Positions 34,129 to 43,065 of a DNA stretch of 64,000 nt are shown one piece after another (position 1 is the stretch's first letter; every line of letters starts with the position of its first letter). Position numbers and translations under genes: made by a program. The DNA is from an uncultured Chloroflexia bacterium (lineage in GTDB: Bacteria > Chloroflexota > Limnocylindria > Limnocylindrales > CSP1-4): positions 338,811 to 402,810 of the forward strand of contig CAVVAV010000003.1 of the NCBI GenBank assembly GCA_963746405.1. Direction: 5' to 3'. The notes beneath the pieces are model-generated. The model was given only the letters and a program-made list of their open reading frames with translations. It was not told where the DNA came from and ran no database searches.

Positions 34129-35416
34129 CGCGTCCGTCGCGCCGGACATCGATCGAGGACGGCTGATCGACGATCTCCAGGAGCTCGTCCGGATCCCGAG
34201 CATCACCGGTTCCGAGGAGCGTGTCGCCGCGTGGGCGGCGGCCGCGCTGGGCGAGCTCGGGATGCGGGTGCAGGTCGTTCGTCCGGATCCAGCGTCCATC
34301 CGCGGGGACCCGGCGTGGCCCGGCGAGGAGATGCCGCGCACGTCGTTGCCGGTCGTGATCGGACGCGCGGGGGCGGCCGACGTCGACGGCGCGGATGGCG
34401 CCGCTGGCGCGACCGGGATCCCGCGCCGCCGCATCCTGTCCGGCCACCTCGATGTCGTGCCGCCGGGCGATCCCACCACCTGGACGACGGACGCGTGGGG
34501 CGCCGAGATCCGCGACGGGCGGCTCTACGGCCGCGGCGCCTGCGACATGAAGGGTGGGGTCGCGTCGATCCTGGGCGCGGTCCGCGCCCTGCAGGCGAGC
34601 GGCGATCTCGATCGCCTCGGCGGGGAGCTGATGGTCGTGCTCGTGCCGTCCGAGGAGGACGGCGGCCAGGGCACGCTCGCCGCGATCCGGGCCGGGGCGA
34701 CGGGTGGTCTGGCCATCATCACGGAGCCGTCGAACCTCGATGTCGTCGTCGCCCACGCGGGCGCCATCACGTTCCGGCTCACCGTTCCGGGCCGGGCGGC
34801 ACACGCCTCGCAACGACGCGAGGGCGTGTCCGCGCTCGACAAGCTGTTCGTGCTCGCCGACGCGCTCCAGGCCGACGAGACCCGCCGCAACAGCGCCGAG
34901 ACCGATCCCCTGATGACGGCGCTCGGCCTGCCGTATCCGACGATCATCGGCATCGTCTCGGGAGGGGAGTGGGCGTCGACCGTCCTCGATCGTGTGACGG
35001 CCGACGGCCGGTACGGCGTCCGGCTCGGGCAGACGTCCGCGGATGCGGAGGCCGACCTGCGGGGGGCCATCGCCGATGCGTGTGCCGCGGATGACTTCCT
35101 GCGCGACCATCCGGCGACGGTGGAGATCACCGGCGGCCGGTTCGGGTCGGCGCGCGTGCCGTCCGATCACGCACTCCCGACCGGGCTCGCGAACGTGATC
35201 GAGGATGTCACCGGCCGCCGTCCCACCCTGCTCGCCGAACCGTATGGCGCGGACATGCAGATGTTCGTCAATGTGGGCGCGACGCCGTGCGTGATCTTCG
35301 GTCCGGGCGACGTCCGCGTGGCGCACAGCGCCGACGAGCACGTGCCACTCGACGAGGTCGAGGCCTGCGCCCGCGTGCTCGCCGCCTGGGTCACGCGGGA
35401 GCTGCCGCCCGCATAA
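34121..35416 (+). CDS. M20 family (ArgE/DapE-like) deacylase
   Basis: SGHLDVVP, GRGACDMKGG, SEEDGG, EPS, GRAAH and AHSADE motifs. GTGACTGA overlap with the upstream gene. Confidence 0.9.
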   Translation: MTDASVAPDIDRGRLIDDLQELVRIPSITGSEERVAAWAAAALGELGMRVQVVRPDPASIRGDPAWPGEEMPRTSLPVVIGRAGAADVDGADGAAGATGIPRRRILSGHLDVVPPGDPTTWTTDAWGAEIRDGRLYGRGACDMKGGVASILGAVRALQASGDLDRLGGELMVVLVPSEEDGGQGTLAAIRAGATGGLAIITEPSNLDVVVAHAGAITFRLTVPGRAAHASQRREGVSALDKLFVLADALQADETRRNSAETDPLMTALGLPYPTIIGIVSGGEWASTVLDRVTADGRYGVRLGQTSADAEADLRGAIADACAADDFLRDHPATVEITGGRFGSARVPSDHALPTGLANVIEDVTGRRPTLLAEPYGADMQMFVNVGATPCVIFGPGDVRVAHSADEHVPLDEVEACARVLAAWVTRELPPA

Positions 35417-35431
35417 TCGCGGTGCCGGAGG

Positions 35432-36685
35432 TCAGGGGCGAGCGGCGGCCACAGCGGAGCGTCGGGCGAGCACGATCGTGAACGGCACCACCACGAGTGC
35501 GGCTCCCAGCAGGCCGAGCGCCGCGAACGAGGCGAAGGCCAGGACCACCCCGGAGCCGAGGCTGGCCGCGGCGGCCGAACTCCAGATCAGGCCGTCGGTG
35601 ACACCCTGGATGCGCGTCCGCTCCGCGAGGGACAGACCGCTGGTGAGGAGCGCGGAGCCCGCGACGTATCCGAGGTTCCATCCATAGCCGAGCAGGAACA
35701 GCGCGAAGAACAGCACCACACCGCCCGTCGGCGGGGCGACGGCGGCCAGGATCGCGGCCGTGGCGACCGTCGCGAGGCCGGCGAGGATGACTGGCACGCG
35801 TCCGTATCGGTCGCTCAATCGTCCCGACAGCGGCGACAGCCCGAACATGCCGAAGGTGTGGCCGCTGATGACCAGCCCGACCGCCGCGAGATCGTGGCCG
35901 TGATCGGCCATGTGCAGCGGGGTCATCGTCATGATCAGGACCATCACGAACTGGCCGGCGATGAGCGCGACGATGGCGACCGGGACGTTCGGACGCGCCA
36001 GCACGGTCGCGAGGGAGACCGCCGCCGACCGATCCGAGCCTTCGGGGTCCGAGGGCGCCGAGTAGGCGAGGGCGTACGGGTCGGGGCGCAGCAGGAAGAA
36101 CGAGATCAGGGCAGCCGCACCGACGAACACCACCGGCACGAGGTAGGCACCACTGAGCTCGGGCAGGCCGAGGCTTTCGGCAACCACGCCGGCGGGCGCT
36201 GCGAGGTTCGGGCCGATGACCGCCCCGATCGTGGCTCCCCACACGACGATCCCGATGGCCGACGCATGGCGCGCAGGCGGGACGAGATCTGCGGCGGTGT
36301 AGCGCGATAGCTGGTTCGAGGCGTTGCCGAACCCGATGAGGAACGTCCCGACGAGCAGGAGCGGGAGGGACGCGAGGACGACCGCAGCGGTCCCGATGAA
36401 CGCGCCGACGACACCGAGGGCATATCCCGAAACGAGGCCGAAGCGCCGTCCGCGCCGAACCATCGACTGCGAGAGCGCCACCGCGCCGACGGCCGCGCCG
36501 AGGACGACGGCCGCCCCCGGCGCGCCACTCCAGGCACTCGATCCGGCGATGGCCTTCGCGGCGATCGTGGCGACCGTGACGGCGGCGATGTGGCCGGTAC
36601 TCCCCAGGGCGACGCCCGCCACGAGCGCCCACACGGTCCGCCGCCGGAGGCGTTCGAGCTCGGTTGGCGGCAACGCGGTAGTCAT
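35432..36685 (-). CDS. MFS transporter
   Basis: About 12 TMs. RRGRRFG and SDRYGRVPV loop motifs. Confidence 0.9.
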   Translation of the reverse strand: MTTALPPTELERLRRRTVWALVAGVALGSTGHIAAVTVATIAAKAIAGSSAWSGAPGAAVVLGAAVGAVALSQSMVRRGRRFGLVSGYALGVVGAFIGTAAVVLASLPLLLVGTFLIGFGNASNQLSRYTAADLVPPARHASAIGIVVWGATIGAVIGPNLAAPAGVVAESLGLPELSGAYLVPVVFVGAAALISFFLLRPDPYALAYSAPSDPEGSDRSAAVSLATVLARPNVPVAIVALIAGQFVMVLIMTMTPLHMADHGHDLAAVGLVISGHTFGMFGLSPLSGRLSDRYGRVPVILAGLATVATAAILAAVAPPTGGVVLFFALFLLGYGWNLGYVAGSALLTSGLSLAERTRIQGVTDGLIWSSAAAASLGSGVVLAFASFAALGLLGAALVVVPFTIVLARRSAVAAARP

Positions 36686-36707
36686 AGGCGGCGATGATAG
36701 CGGCCGG

Positions 36708-39700
36708 TCATACGAGGCCGAGCGTCAAGACCTCCATCCGGGGAGCGGGCAGTCGCGCCGGTTCCGGTGGCTTCGACGCGAGTTCCGCGAAGCGGCAGAA
36801 CGCATTGGCGAGTCGCATCTGTTCCGGCGTTCGGGCACGGACGCGCAGCAGGTCGGGGGAGGCGACGACGACGGCAACACATCGTGCTCTCGACGTCGCG
36901 ACGTTGAGCCGGTGGCGGCTGTAGAGGAAGTCCATCCCGCGTGGTGCGAGCTCCGGGCTGGATGTCGTCATCGAGTAAAAGCTGATGGGCGCCTCCTGGC
37001 CCTGGAACTTGTCGACGGTCCCGACCCGGGCCTCTTCTGGCAGGCGACGCTTGATCGCGCCGACCTGGGCGTTGTACGGGGCGACGATGAGTACATCATC
37101 CCAGCCCACGGGCCGACCGACGCCGTGCTCGTCGACCCATGTGGCGCCGCCCTCGACGAGCGACCGCGCCAGGCCGGCGACGACCTCGGCCTCCTCAGCC
37201 GACTCGTTGTCGGCGCCGGATGTCGGATGAGAGACGATCCGAGGCCCCACCCCGTCGAGAGCAGCGTCGGTCGCTTCGAGGCGCTGGATGTGCAGATGCG
37301 GCTCCGACTCCAGACGGTCGTCATAGAAGGCTTCTGACGTGAATTCGCACAAGGCCGGGTGCAGGCGCCATGTGGTCTCGAGGAACAGCCCTCGCTCACT
37401 CGGGATCGTCGCGTTGTCGCCGAGCACATGGCCGAGCGCCGAGCGATCCGCTCCGGGCGGATGCGACCCCTTGAGCGGCTGATCGAGCTGCTGCGGGTCG
37501 CCCAGCAGGACGATGCTATCGGCCGCCTGGGACATCGCGAGGACATTGGCCAGCGAGATCTGGCCGGCCTCGTCCACGAACAGGACGTCGACGCCGCCGC
37601 TCAACTTCGAGGACGCCCATAACCACGACGTCCCGGCGGCGAGATTCGCCCGGCCATCGTCGAGTCGGGAGCGCACGTCGTCAGCGTTCTTCGCGCGGAC
37701 GACCCGCTCGTCCGCGAGCACCTGCTCCGCCGACCCGTGCTGGACCGGCCGGACATCGACGTCCTCGTCCGCGGCGGCAGCGAGCACCGCGCGGAGCAGG
37801 TTGCCGATGACCTTGTGGCTGGTGCCGGTGATCCCGACGCGCCTCCCGCTCGCGAGCAGCGTGCAGATCATCCGGGCGCCGCTGTAGGTCTTGCCCGAGC
37901 CCGGTGGTCCCTGGATGGCGAGCACCGTCTGGTCCAGCTTCGTGACGATGCGCCGCGCTGCGGCGAGGTCCAATTCGTCGTCGGTGGCAAGCGCAGTCCC
38001 CGGCGGTTGCCCGGCGCGCGGCAGCCGACCCATCAGGAGGTCGCGCGCCGCACGATGGGGACCCGCGGCGTCGATGTCGTGTTCGGCGACCCACTCGCCG
38101 ATCTCGATGAGGCGCTCCTGGTGGGCCGCCGCCCGGAACCATGGGAGCGGCACGACGGCGCGCGGATGGGCCGACTCGAGCTCCCGGCGGATGTCGACCG
38201 TGAGGTTGGCTGCATCGATCGCCACGACCTCGCCGGCCAGCCAGTCCCAGGGGCTCGCGCCAGGGCGTTCCGCCTTCCGGTCCGGATCGAACGCGTCGCC
38301 TCGCCAGACGTCGAAGTCCTGGGCCGGGAAGGCGTAGCGCCAGATCTGCTTGCCCTTGCGCTCGTCGTCGACCGGGCCGACCGGCGTCAGCAGTCCGATG
38401 GGATCGTCCTCGTCGACCAGCTGCTCCGGGCTGAGGTCCAGCAGTCGATGGAACTCCCACCACATCGCCTTGTCCTCGCGCCGGTGCCATCCGAGGAGCT
38501 GGGCGAGCAGCCAGCGCGCGTGCTCTTCGGGGGATCGCTCGGCGGGATCCGTCGAGACCTCGGCGGGATCGGCGAGCCGCTGGACGAGCGCGGCCACGCG
38601 GGCCGCCATCGCGAACAGCTCGTCCGAGATCTGGGCCTCGCGCTCGGCCGGCCTCGGGACGTCGAGCCCGGTCCGCTCGGCCAGTTCGATCCGTCGATCC
38701 TCGAGCCAATCGCGCAGCCTGATGTTACTGACCACGTCGTCGCGGTTGTAGCGCTCGATCCGCTCGAGATGGGTCGACGCCGGCCGCTCGCCCTCGCCGA
38801 GTTCCAGCCATTCCTCGAACGCGACGATGCTGCTGCCAGCGTCGCGCAGGTCGATCTCGCGCTCGAAGCCATAGAACTGCTCCATCTTCTTGATCGAGTA
38901 GCTCTCGACCGAGGCGCGCAGGGACTGCCGGACCGCGCGCAGCAGGTCGACCAGGACGCCCTTGCGGAGGAGCTGGTCCACCTCGTCTTCGCGCGTGCCG
39001 TAGCGACCCATCAGCCGCTTCAGCGCGGTCGGCTCGTACGGGGCGTAGTGGTAGATGTGCATGTCGGGGTAGGCCGCGAGGCGTGCCATGAAAAGGTCCA
39101 TCAGTTCCTCGAAGGCCCGCCGCTCGGCATCGAGCGTGAACTCGCCGGTCGCGTCGCGTGACCAGATCGCCACGAACCGGCCCTCGACATCGAGGACCCC
39201 GAACAGGTAGTCCAGCCCGTCGTCGAATGCGTAGGGATCGCCTTCGATGTCGAAGAAGAGATCGCCCGGCGATGGCGCCGGCAGGCTCGCCAGCCCTCGT
39301 TCCACCTCGAGCGGCTGACCCGCATCAGGGAAAAACAGTTCGTACCGCGGGCCGTCCCGGCGCCCCTCGAGCTGGATGCGGGCTTGCTCGCGGACGCGGC
39401 TGAGCGCACCAGGGCTCGTCCCCTCGAGGGGCGGCTCCATCGGCAGGGTCAGTTCGCCAAGGGACTCCAGCGTCGCGACGTCGCGACCCTGCAGGGCCCG
39501 ACGTTGCCGACCGCTGATGCCGGCGACGAGGCTGAGGTGATCGTCGTCGCGGCGGCGCTTCACGCATTCGGCCGCCCAGCGGCAGACGTCGCAGTGGTCG
39601 ACCGGCTCGGGATACGTCTCCGCCGGCGGGTACGTGGCCGGCATCTCGTCCGCCATCGTCGCCAGGAACCGGTCCCTGGCGCTTCGGTAGTACGCCATGT

Positions 39701-40283
39701 AGTCGTCGACACGCAGCCGCTCCACCGTGCGCGCCGAGCCGCCAAGGGCGACGTGCAACCACTCCGGGCTGACGCCCTGGATCCGTTCCAATTGATCGAC
39801 ATACGAGCAGATCTGCAGGATCGCGCTCGCCTTGACGTGTCGCGCGAGCTTGGTATCCGCGACCTCGTAGTGGTGGGCGCCCCACACCGATGGGCGCTCG
39901 GCGTCGTCGACGCGCAGGAGGAAATCCGCGTGTCCGCGCCAGGTCCCATCGAAGAACGTGGCCTGGTAGATCACGTCGGCGCCGGCGGCCATCGCCGCGA
40001 CGGTTTCCGCGGCCGCAGCCCGCAACTGGTCCCCGCGATCCTCGATCGAACCGTCGAGGTCGACCTTGACCGTGGTCCGGCCGTCGGCCTCGAGGTCGGC
40101 CAGATATCGCGCCTCGTGCTGGAACCCACGCCTTCGGATGATGTCGAGCTCCGGGTCGTCGCGCATCGGCCGCTTCACGAGATCGGCCAGCGCGGCGCGT
40201 TCGAGCTGCGTCAGGTGCTCGCAGGCGAGGTACGCGACCAGGTCCGTGGCGGCGAACACCGGTCGTCCATCGATCAGCTGCAC
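36708..40283 (-). CDS. TM0106-family RecB-like nuclease fused to RNaseH-like and SF1 (Dna2/Upf1-like) helicase domains
   Basis: ADFL...DTKL nuclease motif, Cys pattern ACEH + CDVC...C, FFDIEGD...YNRDDV, QGPPGSGKT, DEAGQ, GDPQQL, TVDKFQGQE and NVATSRAR. Confidence 0.92.
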   Translation of the reverse strand: MQLIDGRPVFAATDLVAYLACEHLTQLERAALADLVKRPMRDDPELDIIRRRGFQHEARYLADLEADGRTTVKVDLDGSIEDRGDQLRAAAAETVAAMAAGADVIYQATFFDGTWRGHADFLLRVDDAERPSVWGAHHYEVADTKLARHVKASAILQICSYVDQLERIQGVSPEWLHVALGGSARTVERLRVDDYMAYYRSARDRFLATMADEMPATYPPAETYPEPVDHCDVCRWAAECVKRRRDDDHLSLVAGISGRQRRALQGRDVATLESLGELTLPMEPPLEGTSPGALSRVREQARIQLEGRRDGPRYELFFPDAGQPLEVERGLASLPAPSPGDLFFDIEGDPYAFDDGLDYLFGVLDVEGRFVAIWSRDATGEFTLDAERRAFEELMDLFMARLAAYPDMHIYHYAPYEPTALKRLMGRYGTREDEVDQLLRKGVLVDLLRAVRQSLRASVESYSIKKMEQFYGFEREIDLRDAGSSIVAFEEWLELGEGERPASTHLERIERYNRDDVVSNIRLRDWLEDRRIELAERTGLDVPRPAEREAQISDELFAMAARVAALVQRLADPAEVSTDPAERSPEEHARWLLAQLLGWHRREDKAMWWEFHRLLDLSPEQLVDEDDPIGLLTPVGPVDDERKGKQIWRYAFPAQDFDVWRGDAFDPDRKAERPGASPWDWLAGEVVAIDAANLTVDIRRELESAHPRAVVPLPWFRAAAHQERLIEIGEWVAEHDIDAAGPHRAARDLLMGRLPRAGQPPGTALATDDELDLAAARRIVTKLDQTVLAIQGPPGSGKTYSGARMICTLLASGRRVGITGTSHKVIGNLLRAVLAAAADEDVDVRPVQHGSAEQVLADERVVRAKNADDVRSRLDDGRANLAAGTSWLWASSKLSGGVDVLFVDEAGQISLANVLAMSQAADSIVLLGDPQQLDQPLKGSHPPGADRSALGHVLGDNATIPSERGLFLETTWRLHPALCEFTSEAFYDDRLESEPHLHIQRLEATDAALDGVGPRIVSHPTSGADNESAEEAEVVAGLARSLVEGGATWVDEHGVGRPVGWDDVLIVAPYNAQVGAIKRRLPEEARVGTVDKFQGQEAPISFYSMTTSSPELAPRGMDFLYSRHRLNVATSRARCVAVVVASPDLLRVRARTPEQMRLANAFCRFAELASKPPEPARLPAPRMEVLTLGLV

Positions 40284-40346
40284 CCCGCAACGATAGTCGG
40301 AGGCCGCGCCACCTTGCCTGTCACGGCGATGGGATACGCTCGGGGT

Positions 40347-40838
40347 ATGAGCGGGATCGGCAGGGATCCGGAGCAGCCGGACCCCGCCCGGCCGTCACGG
40401 GAAGGCGTGCGTGAGACGCTCGTCGAGCGGCAGATCCGCGAAGCGATCGAGGACGGCGCGTTCGACCGCTTGCCGCACCAGGGTGCCCGCTTGCCGCTCG
40501 AGGACGATTCGGCGGCGGGCGACTGGGCCCTCGCGCACCGGATGCTGCGCAATGCGGGCGCTGCGCCACCATGGATCGAATCCGACAAGGCCGCCAGAGC
40601 CATGCTCGACGAGCTCCTCCGTCTGTTCGCCCGCGCTCCGCGACTGGACGAGCACGGTCTTGCCCGGGCGCGGGACGAGCTGGCTCGGATCGTGACGGCG
40701 GCGAACGCCGCGATCGCGCGCCTGAACGCGGAGGCACCGACGTTTCGGCAGCACCGTCAGCCACTGGACCTCGCGGCGGAACTCGACCGGTTGGCGCGGG
40801 CCGCGCGGGGCGAGGACGCCGACGCCGCTAGCGGTTGA
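40347..40838 (+). CDS. DUF1992 (DnaJ-associated family) protein
   Basis: LVERQIREAIEDGAFDRLPHQG...RMLRNAG..PPWIE pattern. TACGCT lies 6 nt before the ATG. Confidence 0.82.
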   Translation: MSGIGRDPEQPDPARPSREGVRETLVERQIREAIEDGAFDRLPHQGARLPLEDDSAAGDWALAHRMLRNAGAAPPWIESDKAARAMLDELLRLFARAPRLDEHGLARARDELARIVTAANAAIARLNAEAPTFRQHRQPLDLAAELDRLARAARGEDADAASG

Positions 40839-40844
40839 GGGCGC

Positions 40845-41075
40845 TCAACCGCCGAAGAGCTTCTTGATGCGATCGATCAGGCCGCCGCCGGCCTCCCCCG
40901 CGCTCTCGCCGGCACTGGCCGCGGCCGCGGCAGTCCTGGCCGCTGCGTCGGAGGCCGCGTCGCTGGCCGCTCTGGCCGTGTCGCCCGCCGTGTCCGCCGC
41001 TTCGCTCGCGGCATCGCCGACGGTGTCGGCCGCATCTTCCGCAGCGTTGGTTGGATCACGCGTCGGGTCGGTCAT
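40845..41075 (-). CDS. 76-aa Ala/Asp-rich low-complexity protein
   Basis: GAGGAG SD and a TTGACG-N17-CAGCAT promoter upstream. C-terminal amphipathic GLIDRIKKLFGG. Confidence 0.75.
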   Translation of the reverse strand: MTDPTRDPTNAAEDAADTVGDAASEAADTAGDTARAASDAASDAAARTAAAAASAGESAGEAGGGLIDRIKKLFGG

Positions 41076-41165
41076 GGGGTCCTCTCCTCTGGGGGCAGGA
41101 ATGGTTGTCGCCGATGCTGGCCCCGCCAGGACGTAGCGTCAAGGCCCCGCGATCGGACGCGACCC

Positions 41166-42530
41166 TCAGTCGAACAATGCGCTGACGGCCTCCTCGAAGA
41201 CGTCGGTGTGACGATCGACGTCGCGTTCGGTGGTCATGGGCGACATGAGGGCCATGTTGTGGAACGGGGTCATGAGGATCTGCCGGTTCATCGCCCACAG
41301 GTGCAGGAACCGCTCCAGCTCGCGATCGCCGTTGGCTGCCTGCTCGGCACCGGTGCGTGGTGGCGCGGGCATGAAGTGATACTCGGCGCGCGCGCCAAGC
41401 CTCGTGACGTGCCACGGGACGTCGTGCGCGCGCAGCACTCGATCGACGCCGTCGGCCCAGCGCGCCCCGAGTGGCAGCATCCGCTCGAACGCCGCGTCGG
41501 TCAGGACGTCGCCGAGCGTGGCCCGGACGGCCGCAAGCGATAGGGCGTACCCCGCCAGCGTGCCGCCGATCCCGCCGACATCGGCGTCATCCACCGGGAT
41601 CGAGGCGCTGACCCGGTCGGCGATCTCCCGGCTCATCCCGTAGGCGGCGGCGGGGATGCCACCCCCGATCGTCTTGCCGATGACCAGCATGTCGGGCCGC
41701 AGGCCCCAGGCTCCGGTCGCCCCGGCCGGGCCCGCGCAGATCGTGTGCGTTTCGTCGTTGATGAGCACGGTGCCCGTCTGTCGGGTCAAGTCGCGGACCG
41801 CATCGTGATAACCGGGTTCGGGCAGGACGATCCCGACATTCGTGAGTGCAGGCTCCATGAGCACTGCGGCGACGTCCCCGTCCTCGAGCGCGCGGGCGAG
41901 GCCGTCGACGTCATTGAAGTGGACCACGCGGGTTGTCTGTTCGACATCCACCTGCGGTCCGATGGAGGCGCCGACCGGGACGACCCGGCCGTCCTCGCCG
42001 AGCAGCGCGATGGCCTCATCCACCGAGCCGTGGTAGCAGTGGTCGTGGACGACGACCTTGCTGCGGCCGGTGATGTGGCGCGCCAGACGGAGTGCGAACC
42101 GGTTCGCGTCGGTGGCCGACAGGGTGAACTGCCAGGCGGGCAATCCGAATCGGCGGGCAAGCTCCTCGCCGGCCCAGATGGCGTCTTCCGTGGGAAGCAT
42201 GTGGGTGATCCCGCGGCGCAGCTGGCGCTCGACGGCCGCGAGGGTCGGGGCCGGCCCGTGACCGGCCATCGCCCCGGTGTCGCCAAGGCAGAAGTCGGTG
42301 TACTCGTGGCCGTCGACGCAGCTGAACCGGGCGCCCGACGCCTCGTCCACGAACAGTGGAAAGGGGCTGGCCCACCGCACCATCCAGTTCATCGGGACGC
42401 CATCGAGCAGCGATCCCCGAGCACGCTCGTGGAGCGCCCCCGAACGCGGGTGGGCGGTGGCGAAGCGCGCCGTCTCGTCGGCGAGCAGGCGCGCGAGACG
42501 AGCGCGATCGAGCGGGCGGGTCTGGGTCAT
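41166..42530 (-). CDS. class III PLP aminotransferase (glutamate-1-semialdehyde aminomutase-like)
   Basis: DFCLGDTG, SATDAN, YHG, INDETH and GKTIGGG (PLP Lys) motifs. Confidence 0.88.
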   Translation of the reverse strand: MTQTRPLDRARLARLLADETARFATAHPRSGALHERARGSLLDGVPMNWMVRWASPFPLFVDEASGARFSCVDGHEYTDFCLGDTGAMAGHGPAPTLAAVERQLRRGITHMLPTEDAIWAGEELARRFGLPAWQFTLSATDANRFALRLARHITGRSKVVVHDHCYHGSVDEAIALLGEDGRVVPVGASIGPQVDVEQTTRVVHFNDVDGLARALEDGDVAAVLMEPALTNVGIVLPEPGYHDAVRDLTRQTGTVLINDETHTICAGPAGATGAWGLRPDMLVIGKTIGGGIPAAAYGMSREIADRVSASIPVDDADVGGIGGTLAGYALSLAAVRATLGDVLTDAAFERMLPLGARWADGVDRVLRAHDVPWHVTRLGARAEYHFMPAPPRTGAEQAANGDRELERFLHLWAMNRQILMTPFHNMALMSPMTTERDVDRHTDVFEEAVSALFD

Positions 42531-42648
42531 CTCCGCAGGATGGCGCGTCAGCGCGGGGCGGTGGCGATCATCCCGGCCGGCGCGACGTGGTCGCGGGGGG
42601 GTCGGTTGAGCGACGTCGTCGCGCGGATCAGCGGCACGAAGCCGCGGG

Positions 42649-42846
42649 TCAGTGCGTCCGCCGGGTGAAGCCGCAGATCGCACAGGTCGCGAGACCCGTG
42701 GTCGGATCGACCTCGAGGAAGCTTGGGCACCCGTTGGTGCCGCAGAAGATCCGCGAGCCGGTGTTGGCGACCGACGTGCGGCGCCGCAAGCGGCGCATGG
42801 AACTGGCTCGACCGGCAAGGGTCGTGGTGGTGGAACGGGACATCAT
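42649..42846 (-). CDS. 65-aa basic zinc-ribbon protein
   Basis: Arg-rich N-half (RRLRRR), C-X4-C (CGTNGC) and C-X2-C (CAIC). Confidence 0.7.
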   Translation of the reverse strand: MMSRSTTTTLAGRASSMRRLRRRTSVANTGSRIFCGTNGCPSFLEVDPTTGLATCAICGFTRRTH

Positions 42847-43035
42847 GGTTCGGAAACTCGTGTTGCTTTCTGGCGCGCCACAGGCGATCTGGAGCCTGGG
42901 CCGCGGCCGATGGTTGCTCCGCTCTGGACAGCCCGAGATGGGGGCCGGAACGGTCTGGTGATCCGCGTTGCGTGCCGGGTGCGTCCGTGGTTCGAGGCGC
43001 TCGACCGGGTGTCGCCGCAGATCGGTGACTTGTGA

Positions 43036-43065
43036 ACGATACCGCAGAACGGTGTCCTCGGTCAA
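43036..43065 (-). promoter_or_regulatory. sigma70-type promoter for the zinc-ribbon gene with an approximately 180-nt leader
   Basis: TTGACC (43065-43060), N18, TATCGT (43041-43036), overlapping the uvrD2 stop. Confidence 0.6.

Noticed and set aside
36708-40283. Cas4-like nuclease as evidence of a CRISPR system
   Set aside because: No array, cas1/cas2 or effector genes are present in the window.
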